This document shows positions 60,924 through 64,000 of a stretch of 64,000 nucleotides of DNA, in pieces. The notes beneath the pieces are model-generated. The model ran no database searches and was not told the DNA's origin. It was given only the letters and a program-made list of their open reading frames with translations. The translations under genes were made by a program, and so were the position numbers. Every line of letters starts with the position of its first letter. Within the stretch, counting starts at the first letter, position 1. The DNA comes from Phaeosaccion multiseriatum (lineage: Eukaryota > Protista > Ochrophyta, other classes): assembly GCA_965112735.1 (NCBI GenBank), contig OZ218961.1, forward strand, positions 1,488,001-1,552,000, in the 5' to 3' direction.

Positions 60924-62418
60924 ATGCCGACTCCCGAGGCAGCCGCAAAGAAAGCGTGAGTGAAAGAGGGAAGAAATGGCTCGATCCCCCGGCACCACCT
61001 CACCTCCCTTACCCGCGCGATCGTTGCAGGGAAGGAAATGCTTTCTTCAAGGCGCAGAACTTCCCCAAGGCCATTGAGAAGTATGGAGAGGCCATCGACC
61101 TGTGAGTGCCTTGACTGTTGGGGGCGGAGAATGTACTTGGGACTCTGGATGCTAATTAACATCTTGCCACCTTCCCTGACAGCGACCCGAGCGACCACAC
61201 GTTCTGGAGTAATCGCAGGTAAGTGAGGGTGGTTTAGGTCTGTTCCGAATGAGTAGGGCTCTCCCTCTGACCCTTGATGTTTGTGATTGCCCCTCAGTGC
61301 ATCATACGCGGGGATGAACGATTGGGAGAACGCGGCGGCGGACGCGGAGCAATGCATAAAGGTGAACAAGACATTTGTGAAAGGTGAGAGCAGTGAAGGG
61401 AGGTGGGGAACAACACGAGTAGCTGCAGTCAGTCCTAATTGCGTCTGTTCAACGCGTGGGGCGTGCAGGGTACTTTCGCTTGGCCACGGCGAAGAAGAAT
61501 CTGAACGAGTTGGAGGCGGCTGCGGATGTGCTGAAGCGTGGCCTGGCGGTGGAGCCGAGAAATAGCGATCTCAAGTCCAACCTCAAGGTACGCTGGCCAA
61601 TACAGGCTTGAGCTGAGCTGAGGGTCTCCTCCTCAACCAACTCCGCTTTTTACAGACGTAACGAACGAACAAACGAACCACTTTCTTACTCCCAGGATAT
61701 CGAGGTGCTGATTCGGGCGGACAAAGTGTCCTCCATCCTCGTGCAAGCCCAGGACGCACTGAAGGCCAAGGAGTGGGCTCAGGCTATGAAGCTCGCAGAC
61801 ACGGGCTTACGCATGGACGCTGGCAACGCAGACCTGCAGGCCGTCCTCGCCAAGGCCAAGGTAAGCCACGCCAGGCTCGGACGGCTTCTCCCCATCCCCA
61901 CTCGACCACTTAGCCGACCATAAATTGTGCCCTGCCTGCTCTGTGCCTGCCCACTACTACCTAAGCCCCACCACGAGAAGGCCGAGAAGTCGCGCCGGTC
62001 TGGGCTCAGCACCACGGAGATGCTGAAGGAGGCGGGGGACGACAAGTACAAGAGCGCAGACTTCGAGGGGGCCGTCGCCAAATACTCCGAGTGCCTCGAC
62101 AGCATGACGGACAAGCAGAGCCCGCTGGCCCTCAAGTGCTATAGCAACCGCAGCGCGTGTCACAAGCAGCTCAGCCACTTCGACGGGGTGATCGAGGACA
62201 CCACAATGGTGTTGGAGGTGGAGCCCAACAACGTCAAGGCCTTGATGAGGAGAGGGCAGGCCTTCGAGGCCATCGAGCGTTACAAGAGTGCCCTCCAGGA
62301 CGTGCGCTCTGTGCTGGCCATGCCGCAGGCAGAGGTGGGCGGGGCCAACTACTCCCTGGCCAACGGTATGCAGCACAGGCTCAACCGGGTCGTTCAGCAG
62401 ATGAAGAACGCGGCGTAG
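60924..62418 (+). CDS. TPR-repeat protein (STI1/HOP-like TPR domains, no DP domains seen); 7 exons
   Basis: Exons 60924-60955, 61030-61101, 61183-61218, 61298-61383, 61469-61588, 61696-61860, 61966-62418. KAEGNAFFK...AIEKYGEAIDLDP...WSNRSASY...KGYFR; second TPR block YSNRSACHKQL...NVKALMRRGQAFE. Confidence 0.85.
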
Positions 62419-62661
62419 CTGGCTGCCTGCCATTCGCCCTCTTACCTATCTAAGCAGGGGAGCGATATAAGACGAGAAGCTCCCCTTGAAACACGGGCGC
62501 AACACAAGTGCTGACTGAATTAAAGTTTTGAACCGTTTTGACCACCTTTATTTTCGACCTGATACATACTAATTAAAAACATGCAATGTGTTGACGCTAA
62601 ACTCTTCCCTTGCTATTCCTTCAGCCCTGCCAAAGGTGCCCTTGAAGTATCAGTCCCATGC

Positions 62662-64000
62662 TCAAGCCATCCATGCAGGTGCCCTGAACGTCTGCCCAGC
62701 GTAAACTGCATCTCCTCCGAGCTCCTCCTCAATGCGCAACAGCTGACACACACACAAACACACACACACACACACAGGGAGGGAGAGAAAGATCGGAGAG
62801 GGGGGTTTGGTACTGCACGAGGCCACAGAGGGGGAGAGCGCGCCATCAGTGATTGGCCCGCTCTTACCTGGTTGTACTTGCTGAGTCGCTCAGATCGGCA
62901 AGGGGCACCCGTCTTGATCTGCCCAGTGCACAGGCCCACAGCGAGGTCCGCAATATAGCAGTCCTCTGTCTCTCCTGAGCGGTGAGAGGTCATGACTCCC
63001 CAGCCATTCTGGTGGTAGGGTAGAGGCGGGTGTGGGCAGTCAACACGAGGCATGGGGGGATGGACGGACTCTGAGCATCGATCCTTGACCTGCTTTCGCA
63101 GCGGACACGGACGGCCACACCAACCCACCCACCCACCCACACGTCTCTCCTCCTCCTCTCACCTGCTTGGACATCTTGACGGCCTGGATGGACTCCGTCA
63201 CACTGCCAATCTGATTGACCTTGAGCAGCAGCGCGTTGCACGCCTTCTTGTCCAGGGCCTCCACGATGCGCTTGGGGTTGGTGACGAGCAGATCGTCCCC
63301 GACCACCTGCACGTCCTTGCCGACGGCGGCGGTGAACTTGGTGTAGTTTGCCCAGTCGTCCTGTCAGAGTGTCACGAGTCAGTGTGTGGGGAGTAGAAAC
63401 GTGAGCAACTACCTCTAGGGATGAATGATGAAGCTTCAAGGAAATGGTGTACCTTCTCGTCCCTTTTGACATCTGACCCCACCTCACAAGCAAGCAAGCA
63501 AACAAGCAACCAACACTCGCGACCCACCCGCCCACCCACCTGGTCGAAGGGGTCCTCAATGGACACGATGGGGTACTTGGCGCACAGGTCCTTGTACAGC
63601 TGGCCCAGCTCGTCTCCCGTTAGCTGCTGGTCACCCCCGGGGTTCTTGAAGTCCAAGTCGTAACGGCCGTCCTTCATGAGGAACTCGGACGAAGCGACTG
63701 ATATGGGGGAGAGAAGAGCGAGGGAGCCGGGGAGGCGAGAGAGGGAGAGAGCGAGAGGCAGCAGAGAGGGGTAGAGAAACGGGGGAGAGAGAAGGCATAG
63801 ACAGAGAGACAGATAGAGGGAAAGAGAAAGAAATGATACAGAGTGTGGGTGTGCGTGCGTCAAGCTCCTGCACCGTTCCGTTCTGCACACTGCGTCGTGC
63901 TTAGCAGCAGGCAGACTCTGCGAAGCTCGCACTTACCATCCATGCCCACGACCACCTTATCCAAGTATCCTGCGTTGGTGATGGCCTCCATGAGGAGCTC
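62662..64000 (-). CDS. ENO: Enolase, 3' exons (gene continues beyond window)
   Basis: [86 protein letters not shown]; TGA at 62664-62662. Confidence 0.97.

Noticed and set aside
1-64000. tRNA, rRNA or snoRNA genes
   Set aside because: None recognisable by eye; tRNAscan-SE and Infernal/Rfam would be needed to exclude them.

Overview
Eukaryotic, GC-rich nuclear DNA from a flagellated organism (stramenopile-like proteins; that assignment is low-confidence inference). Left to right: 3' end of a stomatin-like (SPFH) gene; a complete 69-exon inner-arm axonemal dynein heavy chain (DNAH1-like, 1381-36059, about 4,440 codons by hand-splicing) whose introns are mostly microsatellite; ALG8 (minus); a C2-domain/TM/ricin-like gene; a CSTPP1 (C11orf49)-like gene (minus); a 9.8-kb TIR DNA transposon (44216-54027); an SLC9C/SOS1-type Na+/H+ exchanger with voltage-sensor-like and cNMP-binding domains; a TcdA/TCD-like gene; a TPR co-chaperone-like gene; and the 3' part of enolase. 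Two things stand out. (1) The transposon has ~157-bp TIRs and a 7-bp target duplication, and encodes a spliced KDZ/Zisupton-like transposase fused to a Ulp1 SUMO-protease domain plus a convergent unknown ORF. It sits inside the first three codons of the CSTPP1-like gene, and a GT donor 7 nt inside the TIR could splice the whole element out in frame. (2) The dynein introns are organised: G-rich 5' and C-rich 3' halves, repeats built from splice signals, duplicated donors, degenerate copies of flanking exon sequence and shared oriented motifs. All exon boundaries and counts were derived by hand and need RNA-seq confirmation.
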